52,076 nt of DNA from a candidate division GN15 bacterium (GTDB lineage Bacteria > Zixibacteria > MSB-5A5 > GN15 > FEB-12): positions 1 to 52,076 of the forward strand of contig WJMS01000015.1 of assembly GCA_014727815.1 (NCBI GenBank), in the 5' to 3' direction. Position numbers and translations under genes: made by a program. A model generated the notes under the pieces. The model did not search any database. It had not been told where the DNA came from and worked only from the letters and a program-made list of their open reading frames with translations. This document shows, one piece after another, positions 38,533 to 48,879 of this stretch (positions within the stretch are counted from its first letter, which is position 1; the number at the start of each line of letters is the position of its first letter).

Positions 38533-41234
38533 GACGTCACTCCTCTGGCGATCTCTACGGATGCGTTCGGGTCGATACCAACGAAGGGGCCGAGACCGAT
38601 CGGGATGCCGATCGTGCCGGTCGGGAGATCATCGCGCACGACTGCTTTCGCCTGAAACTCTCGGTTGCCTATTGTGAGGCTCAACATGTCACCCTCGGAA
38701 ACTTCATGGGACTCTCTGTCGGCTGACGGAATTGCAATGTATGGCTCAGGCATGCGTGTAGCGAGGGCGGCGGCGCGGGAACTGAGTTCTTCACTGCCAT
38801 ATATATGATACATGGGAACGATGCTCGGTTTGTTCCCCGATGAGTCGGTTTTTGGTTCCGGCTGGAAGTATGACCGTGCGGCATCTGGTCTTGGTTCGAT
38901 CAATCGCAGGCCGGGATCACCGCCGCGCAGCGGTCCGCCGACCTCGGCCTGGTATTTCGCAGTTGCCTGTACCGAGTTCCACCCCGGCGCCCAGAAGAAG
39001 GGAATCAGCGACGACGGTGGTTTGCCGTGGTACCCTTCCATCGAAAATGCAAGCGGTGAATCCGGATCGGTTTTCGGCTGCGGTTCATGCACATTGATAT
39101 GCGCGGTCATGGCCGTACGCCCGCTGTAGCGGTGCGAGGCACGCGGTATGCGCTGGTGCACGAGCCGGAAACGTGCGCCGGGGGCGATCCTGAGGCGGTC
39201 GCCGAAGGCCGGGAACGTATCAAACAGCTGCGAGCAGATGTCGTCGAGAGTAGTGCCGTTTCGTCGGTTTGCACCGGCGAGGGCCAACAGACGCCGCCAG
39301 CTTTCCTCGGGCGCTTTGCCGGGACTGAGCACCTGGTAGAAACGCTGGGCGCGCCCCTCGTTGTTGACCAGAGTGCCGTCACCTTCAGTGAAGGCGGCTA
39401 CGGGGATGACAACGTCAGCCTGTCCGGTTGTATCAGTCATGATGTGATCGAGTGCGATTATTCGCTTACACCGGTTCAGCGCGGAGTCGACAGTCGCGCG
39501 ATCGATGCGTCGGTACAGGTCGTTTTCGAGGATAACGAGGGTGTCGATGTCACCGCGTGTGATCTTCTCGAATGCTTCATCTACTGACGGGGCATCAAGA
39601 AAGCTCACACCGAGGCTGTTGGTTTCAGGGAGCACAAACGCAAGTTCCGCCGCATTGCCCTCCTTGCAGAGTGCGAAGGCGGTGTTGGCGGCAGCGTGAA
39701 TGAGATGACGGCTGCCGAGGCTCGTGCCGGAGATGACCACAGGACGGTCGGCCTCACGCAGGGCTTCAGCGGCCGCTTCGACGAAGGCCAATGTTTCGTC
39801 GGAGAGACCCGCCACTGCCGGCGCCTTATCGTCAAGGGTAGCTGCAATGGCAAAGCCGATGCGGGTGATGTCCTCGGCGGATGCACGCAGCGCACGGGTA
39901 GAAAACTTGTCAAGCTTGGTTCGAGTGGGCGTGGCGACGAAACACGGGCCGCGCTCGCCCTGCATGAGTTCGCGCACGGCGGCATCATGCCAGTGATCGA
40001 CACCGATCTTCTTCGCGTTGTGCGCCGGTTTGGTCATGCCGGCCTGCCGCACGGCGAGGTCAAGCATGGGCGCAGTGTTGGTCAGGTCTTCACCGAGAAT
40101 GAGGACGACATCGGCCTGCTCCACATCATGCAGGGAGGCCGATCGGGCCGGACCGTTGCGCAGGACTGTCAGGACTTCATCGGTGAGTGTCTTCTGCCGT
40201 TCACTATCGCCCGAATAGAAGTTGTCCTGCCCCACCAGTTCGCGCAGCGCGAAGTTGGCCTCGAGGCTGGCCCGCGGCGAGCCGATACCGGCAATGCCCT
40301 TGGCTTCTCCAAGACTCTTGCGGGCGGCATCGAGCGCGGCATTATCATCGACCTGTTCGAAATCGCTGCTGCGATCGGTGCGGCTCAGGGCGTTCGTGAT
40401 TCGATCCGGACTGTTGACGAACTCATAGCCAAAGCGGCCTCGGTCGCACATGAAGTAACCGTTGACTTCGCGGTTGTATCGATTGAGCACGCGGACGACT
40501 TTGTCATAGCGTGAGCCGGGGATGATATTGCAGCCGAGGCTGCACTGGTGACAAACCGACGGCGCCGTCTGCAGGTCCCACTTGCGGGCGTAGTGTTGTT
40601 TCAGGGTCTTGTCGGTAAACACGCCGGTCGGGCAGACTTCGACAAGATTGCCGCTGAACTCGCTTTCGAGCGGGCCGTCTTCGTATCGGCCGAAATAGAC
40701 ATGATCGTGGGCGGCGAAGGCCTGGAGGTCGTCACCGCCGGCGAAGTCGTGGTAGAAGCGGACGCACCGGTAGCAGGCAATGCAGCGGTTCATCTCATGA
40801 TTGATAAACGGTCCGAGATCCTGGTTGCGGTGGGTGCGCTTCTTGAACCGGAACTCGCGATAGGTGTGACCGGTCATGACGGTCATATCCTGCAGGTGAC
40901 ACTCGCCGCCTTCGTCGCAGACCGGGCAGTCGTGCGGATGGTTGACCATGAGCCACTCGATGACGCTCTTGCGGAATTCTTCCGCCTGGCGCGCTTTGAT
41001 CGATATACGCGTCCCCTCGGTAGCCGGCACCATGCATGCCATCGCCAGCTTGCCCTTCTCATCGTTTTCGTCTTTGTACTGCATCACGGCACACTGGCGA
41101 CAGGCGCCGACCGACCCGAAGGCCGGATGCCAGCAGAAGTAGGGCAGGTCGAAGCCGAGTGAGAGGGCCACCTGCAGCATGTTCTGACCATCGGCTACTT
41201 CAAACTTCTTGCCGTCTATGTACACGTAGGGCAT
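38529..41234 (-). CDS. nuoG: NADH-quinone oxidoreductase subunit G (long E. coli type, with N7 motif)
   Basis: CWHP...[35 protein letters not shown]; 901 aa. Confidence 0.96.
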   Translation of the reverse strand: MPYVYIDGKKFEVADGQNMLQVALSLGFDLPYFCWHPAFGSVGACRQCAVMQYKDENDEKGKLAMACMVPATEGTRISIKARQAEEFRKSVIEWLMVNHPHDCPVCDEGGECHLQDMTVMTGHTYREFRFKKRTHRNQDLGPFINHEMNRCIACYRCVRFYHDFAGGDDLQAFAAHDHVYFGRYEDGPLESEFSGNLVEVCPTGVFTDKTLKQHYARKWDLQTAPSVCHQCSLGCNIIPGSRYDKVVRVLNRYNREVNGYFMCDRGRFGYEFVNSPDRITNALSRTDRSSDFEQVDDNAALDAARKSLGEAKGIAGIGSPRASLEANFALRELVGQDNFYSGDSERQKTLTDEVLTVLRNGPARSASLHDVEQADVVLILGEDLTNTAPMLDLAVRQAGMTKPAHNAKKIGVDHWHDAAVRELMQGERGPCFVATPTRTKLDKFSTRALRASAEDITRIGFAIAATLDDKAPAVAGLSDETLAFVEAAAEALREADRPVVISGTSLGSRHLIHAAANTAFALCKEGNAAELAFVLPETNSLGVSFLDAPSVDEAFEKITRGDIDTLVILENDLYRRIDRATVDSALNRCKRIIALDHIMTDTTGQADVVIPVAAFTEGDGTLVNNEGRAQRFYQVLSPGKAPEESWRRLLALAGANRRNGTTLDDICSQLFDTFPAFGDRLRIAPGARFRLVHQRIPRASHRYSGRTAMTAHINVHEPQPKTDPDSPLAFSMEGYHGKPPSSLIPFFWAPGWNSVQATAKYQAEVGGPLRGGDPGLRLIEPRPDAARSYFQPEPKTDSSGNKPSIVPMYHIYGSEELSSRAAALATRMPEPYIAIPSADRESHEVSEGDMLSLTIGNREFQAKAVVRDDLPTGTIGIPIGLGPFVGIDPNASVEIARGVTS

Positions 41235-41240
41235 GATGTC

Positions 41241-42530
41241 TTATCTCCAGGGGCACTTTTTGTCTTTGATGTGCCGTTCGAAATCGTCACGAAAGTACTT
41301 CAATCCGCTCTGCAACGGTTCAACCGCACCGGGCGCCAGCGCACAGAACGTGTTGCCCGGGCCGAGCCAGGTGCAGTGGGCTTCGAGTCGGTCGAGATCG
41401 GCCGGCTCTCCCTCACCCTCTTCGATGGCGTGCAGGAGCTTCTCGGTCCAGGGCAGACCGTCGCGGCAGGGCGTGCACCAGCCGCACGATTCCTGGGCGA
41501 AGAAGTGTTCGAGATTTTCGAGCATGCCGACCGGGCAGGTCCGGTCATCGAGAATGATGATGGTGCCGGTGCCAAGACGTGAGCCGATCTTCATGATCTC
41601 GCCGTAGTCCATGGGGACGTCGAGGTGTTCGTCGATCATGAAATCAGTCGAGGCGCCGCCGGGCAGCATACCTCTGAAGCGATAGCCATCTTTCATGCCG
41701 CCGGCATGTTCTTCGATAATCTCGCGCGCGGTGGTACCCATCGGCAGTTCCCAGGCGCCGGGACGGTTGACCCGACCGCTGACACCGTAGATTTTGGTGC
41801 CGCCATCATCGGTCTTACTCAGCCCCCTGAACCAGTCGGCGCCGTTGTTGATGATGTGCTGCACGTTGCAAAGTGTCTCGACATTCTGTACGATGGTCGG
41901 CTTGCCCCACAGGCCACTGGCTTGCGGAAAAGGTGGCTTGGCTCTGGGGGTGGCGCGTTTGCCTTCCATGGCATTGAGCAGGCCGGTTTCTTCGCCGCAC
42001 ATGTATCGACCGGCGCTGACGTGTACGTACATATCGAGATTGAAACCGCTGCCCAGGATGTTCTTGCCGAGGTAGCCTTTCTCATAGGCCTCGGCGATTG
42101 CCTTCCGGAGCCGGCCGGCCGAGAGGTGATAGGCCCAGCGGATGAAGATATACGAGACCGATGCGCCGATGGCGTAGGCGGCACAGATCATGCCTTCGAT
42201 CAGCGAGTGCGGGTCGCCCTCCATGAGCAGTCGGTCCTTGAACGTGCCGGGTTCCATCTCGTCGGCGTTGGCGACGAGATACTTCGGCTGGGGAGCGTCA
42301 TCACCCATCGGCACAAAGCCCCATTTCATGCCGGTATTGAAGCCGGCGCCACCACGGCCTTTCAGGTTCGCTTCTTTCACGAGCGACTGGACATCCTTCG
42401 GCGACATATCGGAAAGCGCCTTGCGCACAGCCTGGTAGCCGCCGGCACGCTCGTACTCGTCGATAGTCATGGGCGTGCGATCATCGCGGATGTTCTTTGT
42501 GAGCGGCGTTTCCATACCCGTATCAGTCAT
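41241..42530 (-). CDS. nuoF: NADH-quinone oxidoreductase subunit F
   Basis: GRGGAGF, NADEMEPGTFKDR, YMCGEETGL, ESCGWCTPCRDG. Confidence 0.97.
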   Translation of the reverse strand: MTDTGMETPLTKNIRDDRTPMTIDEYERAGGYQAVRKALSDMSPKDVQSLVKEANLKGRGGAGFNTGMKWGFVPMGDDAPQPKYLVANADEMEPGTFKDRLLMEGDPHSLIEGMICAAYAIGASVSYIFIRWAYHLSAGRLRKAIAEAYEKGYLGKNILGSGFNLDMYVHVSAGRYMCGEETGLLNAMEGKRATPRAKPPFPQASGLWGKPTIVQNVETLCNVQHIINNGADWFRGLSKTDDGGTKIYGVSGRVNRPGAWELPMGTTAREIIEEHAGGMKDGYRFRGMLPGGASTDFMIDEHLDVPMDYGEIMKIGSRLGTGTIIILDDRTCPVGMLENLEHFFAQESCGWCTPCRDGLPWTEKLLHAIEEGEGEPADLDRLEAHCTWLGPGNTFCALAPGAVEPLQSGLKYFRDDFERHIKDKKCPWR

Positions 42531-42990
42531 ACTCCTTCAGGATGTCTTCAACTTTGTCCGGGGTGAGGTCGACATAGGTCGTTTCATCGATGATGAAGGC
42601 CGGGGCGTGGTCGCAGATACCAAGACACGGAATCGGCAGCAGCGTGAACTTGTTGTCCGGCGTCGTCTCGCCGGGGCGAATGCCGAGCTGCTTGTGCAGG
42701 TGTTCGAGAATTTCTTTGTAGCCGGTGATCCAGCAGCTGACGCTGTCGCAGATAAAGATCTTGTGTCGACCGACCGGCCGGCGGAAAATGAGGTTGTAGA
42801 AGGTCGCCACCGAATCGAGTTCATCGGGCGACATGTCGAGATACTCGGCCACATCGAGCAGGCCTTCATCGGTCACCCAGCCGTCGCGGTGTGCCTGGAC
42901 GATCTTGAGCGCACCGAGGCAGGCCGCCTGTTTGGTCGGCACGTGCGACAGTTCCTTGTCGATTTCCGCCTTTTCTTCCTGACTCAGCAT
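42523..42990 (-). CDS. nuoE: NADH-quinone oxidoreductase subunit E
   Basis: VATFY, CDSVSC, CLGICDHAP. Confidence 0.96.
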   Translation of the reverse strand: MLSQEEKAEIDKELSHVPTKQAACLGALKIVQAHRDGWVTDEGLLDVAEYLDMSPDELDSVATFYNLIFRRPVGRHKIFICDSVSCWITGYKEILEHLHKQLGIRPGETTPDNKFTLLPIPCLGICDHAPAFIIDETTYVDLTPDKVEDILKEYD

Positions 42991-43020
42991 GTTCTTTTCA
43001 TCTCTATCCGTTCGTGTGCG

Positions 43021-44778
43021 TTACCGATCGACATCGGCAAGCACGAAATCTATACTCCCCAGTATCGCCAGCAGGTCGGCCACGGTGTGGCCGCGGCTGA
43101 TGGCCGGCACCATCTGAATGTGCGGAAACGAGGGCGCCCGGATGCGGGTGCGATATGACATGGTGCTGCCATCACTCACCAGATAGTAGCCGTTGTTGCC
43201 CTTCGACGCCTCGACCGCCGCAAACGCTTCGCCCGGCGGGATAACCGGCCCCCAGCTGACATTGAGGAAGTGTGTGATCAATGTCTCAATGTCATGCATG
43301 GTGCGGTCCTTGTTGGGCGGCGTGGTCAGTTTGTGCGATGATTTGTATGGTCCTGACGGCATGTTGTTCAGGCACTGTTCAATTATTCGCAGGCTCTGTC
43401 GCATTTCTTCGACCCGGACAATACCGCGATCGTAGCAGTCGCCGTTGTGGGCGATTGGGATGTCGAACTCGAATTGATCGTAGCCGGAGTACGGCCGTGT
43501 TTTGCGGAAGTCCCACTCGTAACCGGTGGCGCGCAAGCCGGGGCCGGTGACACCCCACTCGATCGCGGTGTCGGTGTCGTAGACGCCGATGCCTTTGGTG
43601 CGTCCCTTGAAGATGTGGTTTTTCATGACGAGGGAGTCGTATTCTTTCAAGCGGGCCGGCATGTAGTCCAGGAACTCCCGGACCAGCTTGTCCCAACCCT
43701 CAGGGAGATCATCGGCCACCCCACCGATACGAAACCAGTTGGGATGCATGCGGTCACCGCAGATGGCCTCGATGATCGTAAAGATGCGCTCGCGGTCGTT
43801 GAACATGTAGAAGACCGGTGACAGCGCGCCGACATCCTGGGCGAAGGTGCCGTACCAGACGAGATGACTGGCAATTCGGAAGAACTCGGCGAGCATGATG
43901 CGAATGACCTGCGCCCGCTCGGGGACGTCGATACCGGCGAGTTTCTCGACCGCCATGACGTAGGGGAAGTTGTTCATGACCCCGCCGAGGTAGTCGATGC
44001 GATCGGTGTACGGGATGTAGGAATGCCAGGACTGCCGCTCCCCCATCTTCTCGGCGCCGCGATGATGGAAGCCGATTTCGGGAACGGCGTCGACGATCTC
44101 TTCGCCATCGAGCTGCAGTATCACCCGCAGGACACCGTGCGTGCCGGGATGTTGGGGCCCGAGATTAAGAAAGATGAAATCGCTGTCTTCGCTTCGGCGC
44201 TTCATCCCCCAGTCCTCGGGGTTGAACTTGAATGCTTCCATCTCCCGGTCCTGGCGCTCATCGGGAAGTTCGAACGGCGGCATTTCGGTGGCACGGGCGG
44301 GGTGATCTTTGCGCAATGGGTAGCCTTCCCACGTGTGCGGCATGAGTATGCGCTGCAGGTGCGGGTGACCATCGAAGCGCACGCCAAACATATCGAAGAC
44401 CTCCCGTTCGTACCAGTCGGCGTTGGGGAATATTGTGCGTACGGTTGCGACGGTGGGGTCGGCTTCGGGCAAACCGACTTTCACCCGGATATCGTCGTTG
44501 CGGTCGAACGACAGCAAATGGTAGACGACCGAAAAGCGGTCGGTACCGGGTTGAACCGGGTGCTGGCGGGAGCCTTCGTCGATTGCGGTCAGGTCGTAGA
44601 GCATGCGATACGGCTGCTCGACTTCGGATTTCAAAAACGACAGTACCGGTTGCAGGGCCGAGCGGTCGATCCAGACGGTCGGGATCTGGTCGGTGGTCGG
44701 CTGCACCGAACGGAGATTGTCGCCGAACTTCTCGGTGAGCGTATCGACAATGGTGGCCGGGCGGGTATCGGTAGTCAT
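43021..44778 (-). CDS. nuoCD: NADH-quinone oxidoreductase fused subunit C/D
   Basis: [11 protein letters not shown]...PLRKD (C part) followed by [21 protein letters not shown] and DFVLADVDR (D part). Confidence 0.97.
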   Translation of the reverse strand: MTTDTRPATIVDTLTEKFGDNLRSVQPTTDQIPTVWIDRSALQPVLSFLKSEVEQPYRMLYDLTAIDEGSRQHPVQPGTDRFSVVYHLLSFDRNDDIRVKVGLPEADPTVATVRTIFPNADWYEREVFDMFGVRFDGHPHLQRILMPHTWEGYPLRKDHPARATEMPPFELPDERQDREMEAFKFNPEDWGMKRRSEDSDFIFLNLGPQHPGTHGVLRVILQLDGEEIVDAVPEIGFHHRGAEKMGERQSWHSYIPYTDRIDYLGGVMNNFPYVMAVEKLAGIDVPERAQVIRIMLAEFFRIASHLVWYGTFAQDVGALSPVFYMFNDRERIFTIIEAICGDRMHPNWFRIGGVADDLPEGWDKLVREFLDYMPARLKEYDSLVMKNHIFKGRTKGIGVYDTDTAIEWGVTGPGLRATGYEWDFRKTRPYSGYDQFEFDIPIAHNGDCYDRGIVRVEEMRQSLRIIEQCLNNMPSGPYKSSHKLTTPPNKDRTMHDIETLITHFLNVSWGPVIPPGEAFAAVEASKGNNGYYLVSDGSTMSYRTRIRAPSFPHIQMVPAISRGHTVADLLAILGSIDFVLADVDR

Positions 44779-44790
44779 TCGTACGGTCCC

Positions 44791-45435
44791 CTACACACCA
44801 TCGGGGGTTCGCAGGTCACCGGTCTGGCGACGGCGTTCCTGTTTGAGATCACGCAGAGCGGGGCGCTGGGCTTTTTCCACACCGGAGGGACCGATCGCCC
44901 AGCTCAGGGGACGGCGTTCCCGCCCGGCCGCCTCACTCATGAGGACCAGGCCTTCCATAAATGTCTCGGGGCGCGGCGGACAGCCGGGGACATAGAGGTC
45001 GACCGGCATGAACTTGTCGACACCCTGGACGACGCTGTAGATGTCGTACATGCCGCCGGAGTTGGCGCACGAACCCATGGAGATGACCCAGCGGGGTTCC
45101 ATCATCTGGTCGTAGAGGCGGCGGATGATCGGCGCCATCTTGAGAAAGACGGTGCCGGCGATCACCATGACATCGGCCTCGCGCGGCGTGCCGCGAATGA
45201 CTTCGGCGCCAAAACGGGCAATATCGTGACGGCTGGTCAGGCTGGTAGCCATTTCGACATAGCAGCAGGAGAGACCGAAATTGAACGGCCAGAGCGAGTT
45301 TTTGCGTCCCCACGCAAGCAGGTCCTGCAGTCGGGCGAGCATGACGTTTTTCTGGACGGTCTTTTCAAAGGAGTCGGAGACCAGCTCGACAGTGTGTTTT
45401 TCGCCCTTCGCCGTGAATCGTTTGAAGCCGCGCAT
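44791..45435 (-). CDS. nuoB: NADH-quinone oxidoreductase subunit B
   Basis: [28 protein letters not shown]; ATG overlaps the nuoA TAA (TAATG). Confidence 0.96.
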   Translation of the reverse strand: MRGFKRFTAKGEKHTVELVSDSFEKTVQKNVMLARLQDLLAWGRKNSLWPFNFGLSCCYVEMATSLTSRHDIARFGAEVIRGTPREADVMVIAGTVFLKMAPIIRRLYDQMMEPRWVISMGSCANSGGMYDIYSVVQGVDKFMPVDLYVPGCPPRPETFMEGLVLMSEAAGRERRPLSWAIGPSGVEKAQRPALRDLKQERRRQTGDLRTPDGV

Positions 45436-45848
45436 TATCGTGATCCCCGTCTGGCCGGTTTGCGGAGAAAGTCGAGCGCGCCCATGCGCCATTCATAGAT
45501 CAAGCCGGCGGTCAGGATACCGGCAAATATGAGCATGGCCAGATAGCCCGGCCAGCCGAGGTCCTTGCCGGCGACGGCCCAGGCAAAGAGGAAGACGACT
45601 TCGAGATCGAAGATCACGAAAAGCATCGCGACCAGATAGAACTGTGCGGAGAAACGTACGCGTGCGCCGCCGGTCGAGGTGATCCCGGACTCGTAGGGAA
45701 GATTGGTTTCGCGGTCCTGGTGTCGCTGGCCGAGCAGCCAGGACAACAGGTACATGGCGCCGAGGATGACGAGAGCGCCGATGGTGTAGACGAGAAGGGG
45801 AAAGACGTCCGATGTCATAGGCGAGGTGGTAATTGGCGCGACCATCAT
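45435..45848 (-). CDS. nuoA: NADH-quinone oxidoreductase subunit A
   Basis: [28 protein letters not shown]; start could be 45818. Confidence 0.95.
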   Translation of the reverse strand: MMVAPITTSPMTSDVFPLLVYTIGALVILGAMYLLSWLLGQRHQDRETNLPYESGITSTGGARVRFSAQFYLVAMLFVIFDLEVVFLFAWAVAGKDLGWPGYLAMLIFAGILTAGLIYEWRMGALDFLRKPARRGSR

Positions 45849-45944
45849 GTGTTCAATCGTTTATTCTCCCCTTTCCAATACATACGCGGATATCAGCGTC
45901 TTGATTGACTCCGTCGCTCAAAAGATGATGCTGGGCGATGGTGG

Positions 45945-46079
45945 CTATTCGTCGTCTTCCCACTCGTATTCGTCGGTGTCGTCGTCAACACCACGATCGA
46001 ACAGGAGAGCGGTCATAATGACCGAGATGATCAAAGAAATCAGCGACAGCTTTCTCAAGAGACTACTACGTAAGGTCAT
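45945..46079 (-). CDS. Unannotated 44-aa single-TM protein with acidic tail
   Basis: MTLRSSLLRKLSLISLIISVIMTALLFDRGVDDDTDEYEWEDDE; AAGGAG RBS 5 nt before the ATG; TAG at 45947-45945. Confidence 0.7.
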   Translation of the reverse strand: MTLRSSLLRKLSLISLIISVIMTALLFDRGVDDDTDEYEWEDDE

Positions 46080-46124
46080 GATGGCTCCTTTGTCAACAGG
46101 AAAGGTTCGCGAGGTCGTACAACG

Positions 46125-46154
46125 CGGCCGGGAGGCGCAAGGCGCTCCCGGCCG
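46125..46154. other. GC-rich hairpin without a U-tract between the CBS gene and the small ORF
   Basis: cggccgggag(g)cgc-aag-gcgctcccggccg. Confidence 0.6.
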
Positions 46155-46189
46155 ATAGATTGCGGGGCACGGTTGCTCGCCCGCGCGGT

Positions 46190-46612
46190 TTACTTGGTCG
46201 GCTTGGAAACGTCCTGGAGGACCTTACCGCCGAGCGTTTCATCACCGCTGTCGACAACCAGGTCGCCGAGCGAGCAGATTCCAACCATGCGTTTGTCGCG
46301 GTTGAGCACGATCACACGGCGAATCTGTTTCTCCCGCATGGTCTTGCTCGCCGCTGATAGATCTTCATCGTCGTAGCAATAAACGACATTTTCGGTCATG
46401 GCGTCGCGGACAGAGACCTGCTTCGGGTCCTTGCCCTCGGCAACACCGCGGACGGTGATGTCGCGGTCGGTCAACATACCGACCAGCTTGTCGTTTTCCC
46501 CGATCGGCAGCGCGCCAACATCGAGATCTCTCATCTTGGTTGCCGCTTCACTGAGCGTCGTATCGGGTGAAATGTACTCTACGTTAGGGGTCATCACGTC
46601 GCGTAACAACAT
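46190..46612 (-). CDS. Stand-alone CBS-pair protein
   Basis: RDVMT, VGALPI, GMLTDRDI, VRDAMT, IRRVIV, GICSLGDL; AAGGAGG RBS. Confidence 0.92.
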   Translation of the reverse strand: MLLRDVMTPNVEYISPDTTLSEAATKMRDLDVGALPIGENDKLVGMLTDRDITVRGVAEGKDPKQVSVRDAMTENVVYCYDDEDLSAASKTMREKQIRRVIVLNRDKRMVGICSLGDLVVDSGDETLGGKVLQDVSKPTK

Positions 46613-46813
46613 GTCGGACCTCCTTGTCTGGATGGTAGCGTCAAAGTGACACTGCGAGCAGTAACGCTCCTTCATCCGTGTGCGAACAACGTTGGCGGGC
46701 CGCTACTCGTCTACCCGCACAGGCCGTTGTCGCATGCCCTCAGCCGCATGGCATCGTCGGGGCACAAAGGGCGGCGGCGTACTCGCCGGTCTTCCGGGCG
46801 TACCGAATCTACG

Positions 46814-47119
46814 TCAGGACATGCGTTGCATACCGGCCGCGCGGGCGGGCATGTCAACCGCACCCTGACGCATTTCAGTCAGGAACGCCTGGAGGACCTG
46901 CTCTTCGATTCTTCTGCGCATTTTGCCATTGAGCGGATGAGCGATGTCGCGATAGGTGCCGTCGGCGCGCTTGCGACTCGGCATCGCGATGAAGTAACCA
47001 TCGTCACCCTCAATAATCTTCATTCCGCGGACGATGAAACAATCGTCGAAGGTTACGTTGACGAATCCCTTCAAGCGCTCATCATCCCATAACTGAACGC
47101 GAATTCCTGTGATTTCCAT
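46814..47119 (-). CDS. spoVG: SpoVG-family nucleic-acid-binding protein
   Basis: MEITGIRV...LKGFVNVTFDDCFIVRGMKII.G..G.FIAMPSRK..DG.YRDIAHP. Confidence 0.93.
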   Translation of the reverse strand: MEITGIRVQLWDDERLKGFVNVTFDDCFIVRGMKIIEGDDGYFIAMPSRKRADGTYRDIAHPLNGKMRRRIEEQVLQAFLTEMRQGAVDMPARAAGMQRMS

Positions 47120-47350
47120 AACTCTCTCCTGATTACAACAAACGGTTGTGATTTGTTTCTTAGCTTTTCGTTTCGTGCCGAGGAGTGGTGTGCAATTACA
47201 TCCGGTTCACTTCCGATCTTTTGATGGTTCGTTTCTTTTCGAATACCGTTCGTCTTTCCGGCACATCCCTGCACCGGTCTATTAGTATCACTGGTTCACG
47301 TTGGACGAAGTTGTCAGATCTCGTACGACGTACACCCCACTATGCCGGTT

Positions 47351-47364
47351 TGTGATGTATCACA
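47351..47364. promoter_or_regulatory. Palindrome TGTGAT-GT-ATCACA in the spoVG/regulator divergent region
   Basis: Perfect 6-bp inverted repeat with CRP-like half-sites but a 4-bp rather than 6-bp core. Confidence 0.4.
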
Positions 47365-47619
47365 CAAGACGAGTAGAGTACGTGGACACTGCGTAAGCAG
47401 GGTACGCGGCCTCGCAATCGGATGGCAACTGGTCAGCCTAGTATAAGTGATTGTGGCGTCATATTATACGATCTCGCGCGACCAGGACAGGGATTCGTTC
47501 GAGCTGAAACTATTGCTGTTTGACTTCCGTAGCCTGTTGCGTAATTATTGATGAACTCCAGCTCGTTCGGGGTCGAATGAATTAACCGATAGCCAAAGGA
47601 CCCAGCACAAGCAGAACAG

Positions 47620-48879
47620 ATGGCCGTGGGAGATCTTCCACTCTCGATGAAGAACAAACTTCGCATTCTCTTTATTCACGAAGACGATAGTAAGGTGGCT
47701 CGTATGGTGCAGGGCTTGCAGCATGCCGGATTCGAGGTCTTCCCAAAGCGGGTAGACAATTCCAAGTCGCTGCAGGATGCGCTCAACCACAATGACTGGC
47801 ACCTCGTCATCGCTGAATATCAGATTCCGGCGCTATCGAGTCGCGATGCAATCCGAGCGATGCGGCAGCGCGAACTCGACATTCCATTTATTGTTGTTTC
47901 GGATTCGGTCAATCGTGATCTGGTTACGCACATGATGCGTTCGGGCGCGCACGACTGCATCGAGCAATCAGACACTTCGCGGCTGGTGGAAGCCATACGA
48001 CGGGAAGTGCGATCGGCGGGAGTGAGAAAGGAGCATCAACAGGCACAGCAGGACCTCTATTATAGTGAAGAGCGATTTGACCTGTTCATGCAATACCTGC
48101 CCGGCCTGGCGTATATCAAGGACGCCGATGGTCGTTTCCTGTATGTAAACGACTACATGCACAAGATCAACAACTGGAGTCCGGAGGATGTGATCGGCAA
48201 ACGCGACAGCGACCTCTGGGACAGCGACTATGTCAAGAAGCTTCGCGCCGATGACATGAAAGTGCTCGAGTCCGGCGAGATACTGGAGTCGATTGAAGAG
48301 GTCTCGCTGGGCGACGAGTCGTTTTACTACCTGACTACGCGCTTTCCCATCCGCCGGCAGCACGGGCCAACCGTCCTGGGCGCGATATCGATCAATATCA
48401 CGGCGCGTATCACGGCCGTTCGCAAGCTCGAGGAGACGACCAAACAGCTCGAAATGGAGCGCCAGTCACTCGAGAAGAAGAACATTGCGCTGCGGGAGAT
48501 CCTTGACCAGATCGATCACGAGAAGGCCCAGACACATGAGAAGCTCTCGGCAAACCTCGAAAAGGCGGTGCTGCCGACCGTGAGACGTCTTAAAGAGAGC
48601 GCACAACCCTCACAGTTGCCCAGCCTGGAGCTGCTGGAAAAGGAACTCTCGCAGATCGCGTCACCGTTTATCCAGACGCTGCAGAACCACTTTGCCAAGC
48701 TGTCGCCGCGCGAGCTGGAGGTTTGTCGGTTGATCAAGAACGGGATGACATCGAAGGAGATCGCCGAGATGCTCAATCTGTCGCTGGGGACGATTCAGAA
48801 GCACCGCGAGATGATTCGTCGCAAGCTCGGCCTGACCAACGACGGCATCAATCTGCACAGCTACCTTCAATCGCTCTGA
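47620..48879 (+). CDS. Receiver-PAS-LuxR HTH transcriptional regulator with an atypical receiver
   Basis: N-terminal REC fold, PAS (YIKDADGRFLYVN), coiled coil, LSPRELEVCRLIKNGMTSKEIA..LNLS..TI.KHR..IRRKLG. Confidence 0.88.
   Translation: MAVGDLPLSMKNKLRILFIHEDDSKVARMVQGLQHAGFEVFPKRVDNSKSLQDALNHNDWHLVIAEYQIPALSSRDAIRAMRQRELDIPFIVVSDSVNRDLVTHMMRSGAHDCIEQSDTSRLVEAIRREVRSAGVRKEHQQAQQDLYYSEERFDLFMQYLPGLAYIKDADGRFLYVNDYMHKINNWSPEDVIGKRDSDLWDSDYVKKLRADDMKVLESGEILESIEEVSLGDESFYYLTTRFPIRRQHGPTVLGAISINITARITAVRKLEETTKQLEMERQSLEKKNIALREILDQIDHEKAQTHEKLSANLEKAVLPTVRRLKESAQPSQLPSLELLEKELSQIASPFIQTLQNHFAKLSPRELEVCRLIKNGMTSKEIAEMLNLSLGTIQKHREMIRRKLGLTNDGINLHSYLQSL

Noticed and set aside
43864-45498. Long antisense ORFs (also 24752-26062, 6342-7721, 32174-33232 and others)
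   Set aside because: They shadow well-supported genes on the opposite strand, as expected from GC-rich codon bias.
47134-47159. GAAAC-N14-TGTTGTA upstream of spoVG as another promoter copy
   Set aside because: Spacer is 2 bp too short and the -10 box abuts the RBS.
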